DNA of 64,000 nucleotides from the human T2T-CHM13v2.0 reference genome, Homo sapiens, in NCBI RefSeq assembly GCF_009914755.1, contig NC_060929.1; one strand, 5' to 3'. This document shows, piece after piece, positions 27,930-39,968 of the stretch (position 1 is the stretch's first letter; every line of letters starts with the position of its first letter). Made by a program: the position numbers and the translations under genes. Under the pieces are notes generated by a model. The model did no database searches. It was not told where the DNA came from and saw only the letters and a program-made list of their open reading frames with translations.

Positions 27930-28077
27930 CTCCCTTCTCCAGAGCGCCGTCGACCCCACGCCACGCAGAGGTGAAGATACGCAGGACGTCCTCTAAAGCA
28001 ACTTCCGTGGGTGCCAGGTTGTGGGCTGGGGGCGGTGCTGACCTTGAGAGAGCGGAGGAGGCGCAGGCGCAGCACAG
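27930..28077 (+). ncRNA. TMEM161B-DT: Probable exon 1 of divergent lncRNA (TSS approximate)
   Basis: Donor CAG|GTACGT at 28078 in the island; downstream acceptors at 28367 (branch CTGAC 28343-28347, pyrimidine tract, TAG) and 28517 (ttcttcactattcacag); name from recall. Confidence 0.6.
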
Positions 28078-28190
28078 GTACGTGGGCGGGCGGATCGTGG
28101 TGGCTGCGCTTGCGAGGACCCTGAGGTAGATTGGGTGGTTTCAACAGGAACGCATCCACTGTCTGAGAGGTGACGGAGGCACACGTTGGT

Positions 28191-28260
28191 GTGGGGAGCG
28201 GGAGGGGAGAGGGAGGGGGGCGGGTGGGGGGCGGGAGGGGGCCAGGGGTGGGAGTGAGGG
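28191..28260 (+). other. G-quadruplex-forming G-run cluster
   Basis: More than 10 closely spaced runs of 3 or more G (ggggagcgggaggggagagggaggggggcgggtggggggcgggagggggccaggggtggg). Confidence 0.8.
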
Positions 28261-28810
28261 TGCGCGATGGGAGTCGACTCCAGACCCAGGTGATTTAGAG
28301 AGAGTAAAGACCACCTTTGGCCGTCATTTTGTCTCAGCTTAACTGACGCCCTCTTGTTACCCTCTAGTTTTCCTGACTCGGTCCCTTATTAGCATATCCT
28401 CATTTCCACAGACCTGTCCGTCTGTTGCTTCTGTTCCCTGCCTTAGTGGGTACCGTAGCTCTACCCTCCTTCCGGGCAATGGAATCTCATAGTGAGAAGT
28501 TTCTTCACTATTCACAGGTGGCAATTGAAGCCGGAAGAACATCTACCAAGAGCAGAGAACCCAGGAAGAAAATTCTGCCTCTTTAATACGTTCCAATATG
28601 GACGTTTTCCATATAGATACCTATCTATATAGATAGATGCTCTGGGATCTGACGGTCCTGGACACCTGTATGGCTGTGTGCTGTGGTCTTTGCCTAGCCT
28701 GCGGTTCACTTTTGCTCTGGCCACCACCTCCCCTCATGTACAAACCGCGTCTCTGCTCTGCCAGTCTTGGCCCCCGTCAGGCAGCGGTTCACTCCCTCAC
28801 CAGGGAAGTC

Positions 28811-28945
28811 TAGATAGATAGATATAGATAGATATCGATCGATAGATATAGATATATATATAGATAGATAGATAGGTAGATATATGGATAGATATAGATA
28901 TTTGGATAGATATGTAGACGTCTATCTATAAATATATCGATATAT
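28811..28945. repeat. Compound (TAGA)n/(TA)n microsatellite with embedded palindromes
   Basis: Direct reading of the sequence. Confidence 0.95.
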
Positions 28946-29575
28946 CGGGGTTCTCAGCCATCCCAAAGAAGCTTGCACAGGGCCAGTTGCTTTATGTCAG
29001 GAAAAGGGACACAGACTGAGTGTATGAGGGTTTTTTTTTTCTATAGATGTATAGATATTTATATCAGATGCAAATAAGTGAAACTCTCATACAACTTTTA
29101 ATTTTGTGTTTTTTCCAAACTCTATTCCATTCAACTTTTTCTGCCTTTTTATTTGATTATAATGAGACATCGTACTGGAGGCAGGCTTGAAATGGATATA
29201 CAGAGCACTTTCAACCCAGAAATTTGTCTCACGACTTGGGGTCCTTACTTAAGTTGTAGCTGTTAGTAATTTCATCCATGAATTCACTTTGTGCCATAGT
29301 GTGATGTTTTGTTATGAAGTTGGAATTGGGAAGGGAAACTAGGAAGTTTTGGGAGAAGTTAAGAAGGTTGAGTAGGCAGGCGTTGTTATAGATATTAAAT
29401 TTCACCCTGCTTATCAAAGTACCTGGAGCGTATGGTATCCAAGCTGTAAATGGCCCAAAGGAATCGGGGTTCTCAGCCATCCAAAAGAAGCATGCACAGG
29501 GCCAGTTATTTTATGTCAGGAAAGGGGACACAGACTGAGTGTATGAGGGTTTTTTTTTTTGTTTTTTTTTTTTAG

Positions 29576-29878
29576 TTTAAACTTGATTTTGTGAGGGGAC
29601 GAACAGCGTGACAATTAAAAGAAGATCTGGGAATCGTAAGTACTGACAGAATACCTGGAGGGAAGGTGGGACTGGAGAATAGTTTGTGAAACAGATCCTG
29701 CTGAGGATGAATCCAGAACTTCCTGAAGGGTTCCGCTTCTGCTGTGTAGGGACAAGGTTGTAAATAGACAAGCCACAGGCACCTGCAAATGGTAAGTGTG
29801 GTAGAGAGGGGCTGGAATTGCCTGTTGGTGTATCTGTGGGAAGCAGCTGCTATCCTTGAGGAAGAAAAGATGGAGAAG
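29576..29878 (+). ncRNA. Candidate internal lncRNA exon with three alternative donors (ends 29635, 29791 or 29878)
   Basis: Poly-T tract plus AG at 29574-29575; donors ATC|GTAAGT, ATG|GTAAGT, AAG|GTAAGT. Confidence 0.55.
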
Positions 29879-31085
29879 GTAAGTGGCTATCAACCTGTCA
29901 GAGACAACACATTCTGTGAAGTTGTACTCTTTCATTTCTGACACTGTGGTTCTTAATATCTGTTCTAAACCTGGCAGTCATTGAGGTTCGCAAAGTATCT
30001 CCTTCTATGTGACAGTAAAACTGGAATTACTATCAGAATGGAATCCATTCCTGCTAGAGTAAAACCATGAAAAGAAATCGCAGTTTTGATTATCTGCTTA
30101 TCATTTTTAATAGATCACAGAGTGCAGTGTTCCTTATTTGTTGTATGGCAAGTTGATGAATAACTCTTGATTAATATCTTTTAATGTTCTGTTTCACACA
30201 GTTCTCTCAATTACATGTGAAAAATCTGTTATATAAGTAATGCTATTTAATGATTAAAATGGATATATGTTTTAAGGTAGTGCCACCCAGTCTTTTTTTT
30301 TTGGTAGAATAATATTATTATCTATTGGTTGCCTGCCTTGAAGTACAGTAATTTCTCTGTTTCCATTATTTAAAATAGGTGAGTGTCTTTGACAAAGATA
30401 CAAAGAAAGGGGACAGTTATGAAAGGGAAGAAAAGATAGATGGAGATGAAAAGAAATTCAGTAGTTTCAGCAAGGGAATTAGGAGCATAATCTTTGAGAA
30501 AAGTCTTGGTTGCTTACCATTCGGGCTTTGTGATGAGTTGAAATGTCCTGAATGAGAACTGTTCTCAAATGCTTTCAAGACCAACAAAAAGTACGATACC
30601 CACACTGACCTGGAACTCTTTAAACCATTAAGATATATCACTTTTTCGCAGTTCAGTCCATATTTTTTGCAAAATGTTCTGCTTAGTTTTTCTGCTAAGA
30701 AATTACTGTTTCTGAACAAGGTTAAGTGTCGTATGCTTTCATTGTAGTTTTTTTTCCCCTAACATATACTGTTTTCCTAATTAGACTATAAATTCCTCCA
30801 CAGCTGGGACCTTGTTTTGTTTTCTCGCCTTCCCCATAACAAATATCATTTAAGTGAATGTTGTAAACAGTTACTTCATTTAAATTGCCCTTAAAATGCT
30901 TTATGACAAAGACGTTATTTGTAGTAATACCTATAATGGTAAAAAGTTTGTTGCAGTCTTACAGACGATAAGATTGATCAATTGTTATATATGCTTAGTG
31001 GAATTTTATCTAGCTGTTCTAAAGAGCCATTAGACTAGTCTTTCTAATGGAAAATGTTTATTGTCTAAGTTAAAACAGCATTTGA

Positions 31086-31380
31086 GGCCAGGCACAGTGG
31101 CTCACTCCTGTTATTGCAGCACTATGGGAGGCTGAGGTGGGAGGATCACTAGAGCACAAGAGTTGGAGACTAGCCTAGGCAATATAGTGAGACCTCTTCT
31201 CTACAAAAAATTTAAAAATTAGCTGAGTGTGATGGGGTGTGCCCGTAGTTCCAGCTACTCAGGAGACTGAGGTGGGAGGATCACTTGGGTCCAAGAGGTA
31301 GATGTTGCAGTAAACCAAGATCATGCCACTGCACTGCAGCCTGGGCAACAGAGCAAGATCCTGTCTCAAAAAATTAAAAA
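31086..31380 (+). mobile_element. AluJ
   Basis: Full dimer, flanking agcattt duplication. Confidence 0.92.
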
Positions 31381-31385
31381 GCATT

Positions 31386-31762
31386 TTATAGACTGCATGT
31401 TTGTGTCCCCCCTCCCTCCGCACCAGAATTCATATATTGAAGCCTTAATCTCCAATGACATGATATTAGTAGGTGGGGCCTTTGGGGGGTGATTAAATAA
31501 TAAGGGTGAAGCCCTGCATGGGATTAGTGCCTTTACAACAAGAGACCCTAGACAGCTTGCTTCCACTCTTTCTTTGCTCTTCACCATGTGAGGACACAGC
31601 AAGAAAACAGACAACTACAAATCAGGAAGAGGGCCTAATTTGTGCCAACCATGCTGGCACTCTTCTCTAACTTCCCAGCCTCCAGAACTGTGAGAAATAA
31701 ATTTCTGTTGTTTAAGTCACCCAGTTTATGGTAGTTTGGTTATAGTTGCCCATATTAAGACA
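31386..31762 (+). mobile_element. MLT1A-type MaLR solo LTR
   Basis: ggtggggcctttgggg...ccatgtgaggacacagcaagaa...cagcctccagaactgtgagaaataaatttctgttgtttaag. Confidence 0.85.
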
Positions 31763-31921
31763 GCAGGATGCAAAATTGTGGCCAGTATGATTGCTTTGAC
31801 ATGAAACAAATTTTAAGCACAAATTGCAAAAAGTAACCAAAATATATCAATCCCCACTGCTGGCATTAACACTCTAAAACAAACTTTGTATATTGGGGGA
31901 TTTTATTTATTTATTTATTTA

Positions 31922-32222
<301 letters not shown>

Positions 32223-32604
32223 GGATGAGGATTTTTTTTGTTTTCAACATGCTTTTTAACATCCACTATATTACTCTCATCTTTCTAGGCTGGAAAAAAA
32301 AATGTTTTAAATGTTATTCTGAAGTATATTGCAACCTTTAACAATTCAGTAGACTTCTGAATTTTTATTTTCATGTAGCTTACCACAGTTGTATCTAGGA
32401 ATATATCACATAGCTGATTAATTGGTGAAATAACCCTTGCAATTTTACACAGGTTGTACAGTGCACATTTTCAAGGACCACTCACATACATCCATTTGAT
32501 ATTTTTTGGTATCAAGAAAGTCTTTAAACAATCAGTACCACCAATAGCAGTAAAAAGACAAAACTGTCTGAAAGTACCTATCTGTTTAAAACTTTAATTA
32601 GCTT

Positions 32605-33155
32605 TATCCATCCATTAAATAGTTATTGAATATAAAACTGTATCATTCACTCTTCTACACTCTGAGGAAATAGTGGTAAATAAAGCAGATATTGTCCCTA
32701 CTATCAGGAAATTTACATTTTAGTAGTAATAAGCCATAAATTAACAAAAACAGAAGACAGTGGTAAGTACTAGGCATGAAATTCAAACATGACTATTTTA
32801 GATTAGGTGATTAAAGAAACTAAAATACCATTTAAGCTGCTGTGTAAATGACAAGAGAATCCAGCTTTGTAAAAATTGGTGAACCCTTTGCTTGCAGAAG
32901 GGACAACTGCAAAATCTAAGGCATGATCTAGCCTGGAATATTTCAGGAGCCAAAAGAAGGCCTGCATGGTTAGAGAATAGTGACTTAAGACGCAAATACT
33001 GTAACTTTGGAGGGATAGGAAAGGGCTAGATCATGTTACCTTTGAAAGACAGGAAAGAGTTTAGATTTTATTCTATGTGCAATGGAAAAAAAAATGAGAG
33101 CATTTTAATCCAAAGAGTAATATAAGATAATATATTTTTAAAATCCACTTTGGTA
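32605..33155 (-). mobile_element. L2 fragment
   Basis: Antisense L2 3' end (atccatccattaaatagttattga...) and downstream L2 motifs (agagtttagattttattct). Confidence 0.65.
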
Positions 33156-33308
33156 ATTTGTTAATTGGCATAAAGAGTCAGCTTTCATGTAACATAATTA
33201 CTAACATACTTGGATTTAAATTTGTCATTATTCTTATTTTATTTGTCCCACCTCTTATATGTTCATTTTGTCTTCTTTTGCCTTTTTGATTTTTTTTTTT
33301 CTTAATTA

Positions 33309-33426
33309 GGCCATAGCACCTGATATTCCCAGGCAGACTCTCATCCAAGTGCCAATCAGCCCCAGCCCTGCTTAGCTTCCCAGATCAGATGAGAACAGGC
33401 ATATTCAGGGTGGTATGGCTATAGAC
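33309..33426 (-). pseudogene. 5S rRNA processed pseudogene (probably RNA5SP187 if the locus call is right)
   Basis: Minus strand GTCTATAGCCATACCACCCTGAATATGCCTGTTCTCATCTGATCTGGGAAGCTAAGCAGGG...GCCTGGGAATATCAGGTGCTATGGCC aligns full length to 5S rRNA with CpG decay; A-rich tail at 33283-33308. Confidence 0.95.
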
Positions 33427-33429
33427 CTT

Positions 33430-35110
33430 TTAGATTATTTTTAATTATTCCATTTTTTCTACCTCATAAGCTTGACAGATGTCTTTTAGTATCTTTTTAC
33501 TGTTCACCTCAGGTATTAAAACATGGAACCTTGGTTTATCATCTTTAAGATAATTTGGTATTATACTTCTTCCAGGACAATGTAAGGACCTGCGAACACA
33601 TCAACTTCATTTACTGCCACACCTCATGTTATATACATTGTATATTCTTAATATGTATTTCCTAAATTCTCAAGACATTTTTTATACAATATGAATTTAC
33701 ATTTCATATTGTATAAAACATTTACTTTTTCTATTGTGTTTCGTGGTTCCTGGAATCTGAGCTTCCATCTAAGACCTTATTTCTTCTTGAAGGACATACT
33801 TTAATATTTCTTCGAATATCTACTGGTAACAATTCATTCAGATTTTCTGTCCTGACACTGTCTTATTTTACTTTCATTTTCTAAGAACGTTTTTGCTGAA
33901 TTAGCAGCTATTTTATCATTTTGAAGATATATTTTATTCCTTCTGGCTTCCATTATGTCCTCTAAGACATAATGTCCATTTTGTTTTTTTCTCTTCAAAG
34001 GTAATCTTTTTTTGGATGGCTACTTTTAAGAGGTTTGTCTTAAGTTTGGTGTGCCCACATGTGTTTTGTGTTTGTTTTTTTGTGTGTGTGGTTTTTTTCT
34101 GCTTCGAGATTGATAATGTTTCTTGAATCTGGCTGTGATGTCCTTAGGCTGTTTGAGAAAATTCTTAGCTCTGTTTGATCAGACATTGCTTCTGCTTTCA
34201 CTCTCCTTTCTCCTCTTCTTTTGATACTCCACTTACATTTGTATTTGACAATTCACTTTGTCCCTTGTATTTTCCATTTATTTTCTTGTCTGTTTCATCC
34301 TGAATATTTCTTCTTAACTTTCAGTTCACTATTTTCTCTTAGTAGTCTCGAATTTGTTAAATCTCTCTTGAAGCATTTATTTTAGTTATATTTTTGGTTA
34401 TCAGTTCAAACATTTCTACTTGATTCTGTTTTATTGTTTCCAGTTGTTTATCCAATATCTCAATCTTTTATTTCCTCAAACATACTAATCATAATTACTT
34501 TAAAACCTGTATCTAATAACTATGGTGTCTGCTATTATCTGACACTTTTCTTGTTTCTTGCTGTTATCACATTGTCTTGCTTTTATGTCCCTTATTTTTA
34601 TGTTATTTTGTATTATTTATTTTATAAACATTATAAATATATAAAACTTGGCTTAGGTTATGTTTTAATTGAATGTCAGAATTGTTTTGATTGAACTGTA
34701 TATGAGGAAACTATACTTTGAAGTCCAATATGATGGTATTTTCTAAAGAAAGAATTTATGTCTCCTGGCAAGACCTTTGGACACTAGTAATCTAAGATCT
34801 TCTTAATCTGGTTAGTGATAGAGACAATTAGAATATAGGCAGGTCTATTTCCTGTTCATACTTTCACAATGTAGACCTCTGAAGTCCCAACTCAAGCATG
34901 CAGAGTTTACCAGATCAGGCCCTAAACTTCAGTTTTTGTCTTTTTAATTCTATGGGTTAGAAACTCTGTTCAACTTTTCAGCCATCACCTCAGGAATCAG
35001 AAGATACTCCAGAGGAAAAGCTAATGTAAATGCTGGATTCAACAACTCTGTTTTTTCCTTCTGAATATTTCATTGTCTCTAATGCTGTCAGATGTTTGTT
35101 TTATATTTTG
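33430..35110 (-). mobile_element. Ancient L1M fragment (5'/ORF1 region); probably extends left to ~33160
   Basis: T-rich antisense L1-like motifs (ttcttctggcttccatt-like, tttgagaaaattcttagc). Confidence 0.55.
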
Positions 35111-35114
35111 TCCA

Positions 35115-35256
35115 AGCTGAGTGTGGTGGCTCACGTCTGTAATTTCAGCACCTTGGGAGGCCAAGGCGGGACCATCCCTTGAGGCCAGGAATTTGAGACT
35201 AGCCTAGGCAACATAACAAGACCTTTGTCTCTTGGAAAAAAATAAATAAATAAATA
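35115..35256 (+). mobile_element. FLAM/Alu left monomer
   Basis: Single Alu arm with (AAAT)n tail. Confidence 0.85.
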
Positions 35257-35259
35257 TTA

Positions 35260-38200
35260 TTAGAAGTGAAAATGGGGATGTTGTTACAAATGCTGTGGAG
35301 ATTGATGAGAAATTATGAACAACTTAATAATAAATGGGAAAATATAAATGAAGTAGGCAGTTCCAGAAAATGTAACTTTTCAAAAGCCATGTAATGGAAA
35401 ATATAAATGGTGGGATGTTGATGTAAGAAATCATGATGCCCAGAGACTTTTGCCAAACCTTCAAAGGACAGATCATTACAATTTTACACAAACCATTCCA
35501 CAGTATATTCCACTTATATACTGTGGAATTGGCCCTTACTGCCCTTATCAAATTTAACATCAAGGTTACAGAAGCTTAATATTACTGCCCTGATTTTATT
35601 AGGGCAGTAATGATTTGATAAGGGCAGTAAGAATTACAGCCCTGTCATATTCGCAAAGACAAAAATCCTAAATAAAACAGACCTTAGAAAATGTGTTTTT
35701 AAGAAAAGATAATAAAACATGATCAGGTTGAATTTAACCCAGGAATGTATTTTAGTATATTAAGAGATTAGAAAAACTATCTGGCTATCTGAACAGATGC
35801 AGGAAAAGAAAACTATTTGAAAAAATTAACAGACATAGATAAACCTTTGGGCAAATTAGAATTGTGTAGAACTTCCTTGAGCCAATAAAACCTACAACAA
35901 CAATATTTTAAGATGAAGTATTTGAAGCAGTCCATTAGAATCAGGAACAAGTACTATGTTGGAGATCCTAGCCAGCATTATAAGGCAAGAAAAACAAAAG
36001 ATTAAAAATTGTAAATAAACATAACTTAGTCTACAGATAAATTATTGAAGAGCTTTGCAAGGATTCTGAATATACTATTGATATGGTTTGGATCTGTGTC
36101 CCTACCCAAATCTCATGTTGAATTGTAATCCCCAATGTTGGAGGTGAGGCCTGGTGGGAGATTGGATCACGGGAATGGGTTTCTCATTCGTGGTTTAGTA
36201 CCATCCTCTTGGTACTGTCCTTGAAATAGTTCTTAGGAGATCTGGTAATTTAGAATTGTGTGGTACCTCTCCCCTCTCTCTTGCTCTTGCTCCCCCTTTG
36301 CCTTCCACCATGATTGGAAGCTTCCTGAAGCTGCCTCAGAAGCAGAAGCCACTATGCTTCCTGTACAGCTTGCAGAACCATGAGCCAATTAAACCCCTTT
36401 TCTTTATAAATTACTCAGTCTCCAGTATTTATAGCAATGTGAAAACAGATAATATGACTATCAATATACAAAAGTGAATTGCATTTCTTTCCAGCAGAAA
36501 TGAACTGTTAGAAAATGATTTTTGTAACATACCATTTACTATATTCCTTTAAAAATATAAATTAGGTAACTTAACAAAAGGTATAGAAGACCTCTGTAGA
36601 AAATTACAAAACTTTATTGACAGGCATTTAAAAATGTCTAATTTTAAAATTGCCATGTTCAATGATTAAAAGACTCGAGTTAAGATGGCAGTTCTCCACT
36701 ACACAATGAAGGTAATTGCAATACAAATCCCAAATGAGTTTTTCAAGGAGCTTGACAAACTGATTCTAAAGTCTGTATGACAAAAAGCAGAATTCAGGAT
36801 ACTCCAGAAGCAGATTTAAGATAGAATTGACTTGTAGATATTCGTAACAGCAAAAAAATAAAAACAACTCAAATATCCATCAAAAGATAAAATGTTTATC
36901 CATGAAAAGATACTCAAAAAGTGACACCTTTATATAATGGGATATATTTGGCTGCAAAAAGGAATGAACTGCTAATACCTGCTATAATGTGGATAAACCT
37001 TGAAAGCCTGCTGAAATAAAGAAGCCAGTCACAAAGGACCACTTATGATTCCATTTAAACAAAGTGTATAAAGTAGAAAATGTATTGAGACAATAGATTG
37101 TGGTTGTTTAGGGCTTACAAAGTTTGGGGTGATGGGGGCCCGAGGTAGTGACAGCTAAAGGGTGCAGTTTCTTTTTGAGGCAATAAAGTTCTAAAATGTA
37201 TAGTTGCACGTTTCTGTAGATACACTAAAATCAATTCAGTTGTGCATTTAAATGAGTAAATTGGTATGTGAATTGTACCTCAATAAATCTGTTAAAACCA
37301 TAGTAATTAGGATATTGTAATACTGGCTTAGAGATGGAAAAATTGATTTATAAGGAATCCTGATTGTAAGGAATCTTGACTTATGTCAGAGATGGCATTG
37401 CATACCAGCAGGGAAAGCTAGATCATTTCAATAGATGACGCTGCATATTCATATGGGGGAAAAATGAAATTGGTCCTCCCTACCTAACACCATACAGAAA
37501 AAGTAGTTTCAGATGACTTTAAGATGTAAGTGTGAAAGGAAAACATAGTAAACCTTCAAAAGAAAGATTGCAAAATATTTTTATGATCTTATGGTAGGGA
37601 AATGTAATATGTATAAAGGAAAACATGTATGTCCAATATGTTAAAGTTAAAAACCTCTGTTCAAGACTCCATAAACCCTCAGAATAGCGGTTAATTTCAG
37701 TCATGCCCAGGAAACATACAAGATGAGCCTGGAATACCTTGTGCAAGATAGCAAGGAAGCTATTAGAGACTACGAGGGTGTCATATCAAATGGACTCAGG
37801 AGACAACTGAAAAGCATCCTTCTGGCCATAGATGAGACCATTTGAGTGTCAATAAGGACAGTAAATGCAATTGATTGGAACATATCAAGTGTCTTTAAAT
37901 CTGAGTACATAATGATTGTAAAACAAACAGCATTTAGTTGGTCAACAGTAGAAGATGCTGTTGCATCAATTCATTATTTTGAAAATCAGTTTTGTTTTGT
38001 TTTTAAAGTAATTAGGCATTTGTCCTGCCTTTTGTATGTGAACTGTAAGTAACCACATAGTAGATGAGGAGAGGGTTCTCTTTGTACATGTATTCTAGCT
38101 AATAAATGGAGGAATGATAGAAAATTGCCATTTTGAAATTCCTAATGAACAAATGGATTTATTTATTGCATTTCAACAGCTGCTAACATGACAGACAAGA

Positions 38201-38510
38201 AAACATATGTTTCTTAATGGAAAAACACCACTACTGATGTTAAAATCTTATCAAAAATTTGACCCTGATACTAATCAGGTCTTTAGATCCATCCAATTTG
38301 CAGAAAATATAAACACCATTAAAACTTTAAGCCAATGAAACCTACCACAACGTAATATTTTGGAATGGAAAATATAAATGAAAAATCCAATTTTGGAGAA
38401 TATTGGGACAAATTAATTTCAACAAATATGTTGCAGGAGAAAAGGAGACGAGAAGGACAAGTGGAGAAAACCGTAGATTACAAGAGACTTAGTTCAATAT
38501 GAAGCAACCT
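35260..38510 (+). mobile_element. Old L1 (L1MC4-like) ORF2/3'UTR fragments, interrupted; resumes at ~41310-41620
   Basis: L1 ORF2 motifs (ttgacaaactgattctaaag, tcaggaacaag); L1MC4-type 3'UTR (caagatgagcctggaa...gatagcaaggaagct). Confidence 0.65.
36079..36456 (+). mobile_element. MSTA MaLR solo LTR
   Basis: tgatatggtttggatctgtgtcc...ccatgagccaattaaacc...; actat TSD. Confidence 0.88.
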
Positions 38511-39824
38511 GTGAACTTGGATTAGTTATCTTACTGTATAACAAATCACCCTAGCTTAAATCTAAAAATATTTATACACTTTCTTAGGATCCACAGGTGG
38601 TTTAGCTAGATGTTCTGGCCCAAGGTCTCATGAATTTGCAGTCAAGATGTTGGCTGGGCTGTAGTCTGAAAGTTTGACTGGTGTTAGAGGATCCACTTCC
38701 TAGAGGGCTCATTCGTAGAGCTGCCTGTGTTTTCTCACAACATGGCAACTGGCTTTCTCTAGAACAGGTGATCCAAGAGAGAGACAGAAACCATGATCAT
38801 TCAGAGTGATGTAACATTACTTCTACTATATAATGTTAGTCACACAGACATTTCCCTGACAATATGTGGGAGGAGATTACACAAGAGCATGAATACTGGG
38901 AAGCTAGCTGTCACAATTTGGCCCCAATGATTGATAGTTCTTGATTTGCAAAATATATTCATCCCCTCCAAAAGCTCTCCAAAGCTCTCATCCTATGACA
39001 CCATTAGTTCAAGGTCTAGAAATCTAAATCAGTTCCAATTGTGGATGACACTCATAGGTGTACTTAAGTACAGCTCCTCAAGAAGAGTTCTTTTTGATCT
39101 GAAGACTCATACACTAAAGACACAGTCTCTGCTTCCACATGTAATAGAAAATGAATAGGATAATAAATGTGGACATGTATATTTAAAAAGAGGGAATATT
39201 GGAGGTACATAGGTTCACAGAAATTCTGAAACCCACCTGGGCACAGATTGGCAGTTGCTTGGTCAAGTTTCAAGGCCTAGAATTCTCTTAGCTCTGCCTT
39301 CTGGGATCTTGGATCTACTCACTGAGTCACCCTTTCTTTTTCTTGTTTACACTTCTGCCTGCTTTCTGCCTATAGAAGCTTGGATGTCCCACAAGCTTCT
39401 TTCCATTTGGTTCTCTCTGTGCCTTTCAGTCCAGGCTGGCCATGTTTCTGCTAATAGACTTCTCTTAAAAACTTTGTGGCTCACTTGTGAATTTTGAGTT
39501 CACTCCATCAGACAAAAGCAACAACCACACATCTCGTCCCACATAAACTCTGCCTCAAGCTTTTGCTGATGAAAATACCCTTAAACTTTTTAAAAACCTG
39601 TGATGTTATTCAGAGATTTTCTGAGACACATCGTTTGTCTGATGAAAATACTCTGAGGCACAACTTAAGATCTTTCTGAGCTATTAAAGGACTTTATAAC
39701 TACAGCCTCAACTTTATGTTTTACTGGCAGTGCCCTAGATTTGCTTTTTGCTCAGAGATATTCCCCAATTTTAGCACATTTGTCATCTGCACAGGCTGGG
39801 AATCTTCAAATCCAGCAAGTTTTG

Positions 39825-39968
39825 ACTTGTTTTTGTTTGTTTGTTTGTAATAGAGTCTGTTTTTTGCTGTGTTGGCCAGGTGATCTTGGACTCCTGGCTT
39901 CAAGCATTCCTCCCACCTCAGCCTCCCAAAGTTCTGGGATTTTAGGTATAAGCCACCATGCCCAGCCA
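39825..39968 (-). mobile_element. FLAM/Alu monomer
   Basis: Antisense Alu left arm with (TTTG)n tail. Confidence 0.8.

Larger units (their letters stand above)
27400..28800. promoter_or_regulatory. CpG island / TATA-less bidirectional promoter
   Basis: Only strongly CpG-dense stretch in the window; ETS/GABP sites (CTTCCGG 27885, CCGGAAGT 27897, CAGGAAGT 27920, ACTTCCG 28001), NRF1-like GCGCAGGCGCA 28061-28071, GC boxes; outward-facing splice donors on both strands. Confidence 0.92.

Noticed and set aside
27772-28184. Overlapping GC-rich ORFs in the CpG island, including a plus-strand ATG sharing the CCATGG palindrome with the real start codon
   Set aside because: Stop-poor GC-rich DNA yields chance ORFs, and the plus-strand ATG lies upstream of the inferred plus-strand TSS
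28357-28727. Minus-strand 61-aa and 71-aa ORFs
   Set aside because: Upstream of the coding-gene TSS and antisense to the lncRNA; no recognisable homology
28944-29040. Retrotransposed origin for the 97-bp duplicate
   Set aside because: The T-run is at the plus-strand 3' end in both copies, the wrong polarity for a poly(A) tail, and no TSD is visible
33309-33426. Functional 5S rRNA gene
   Set aside because: Many substitutions including CpG decay, an A-rich tail and isolated location indicate a retropseudogene
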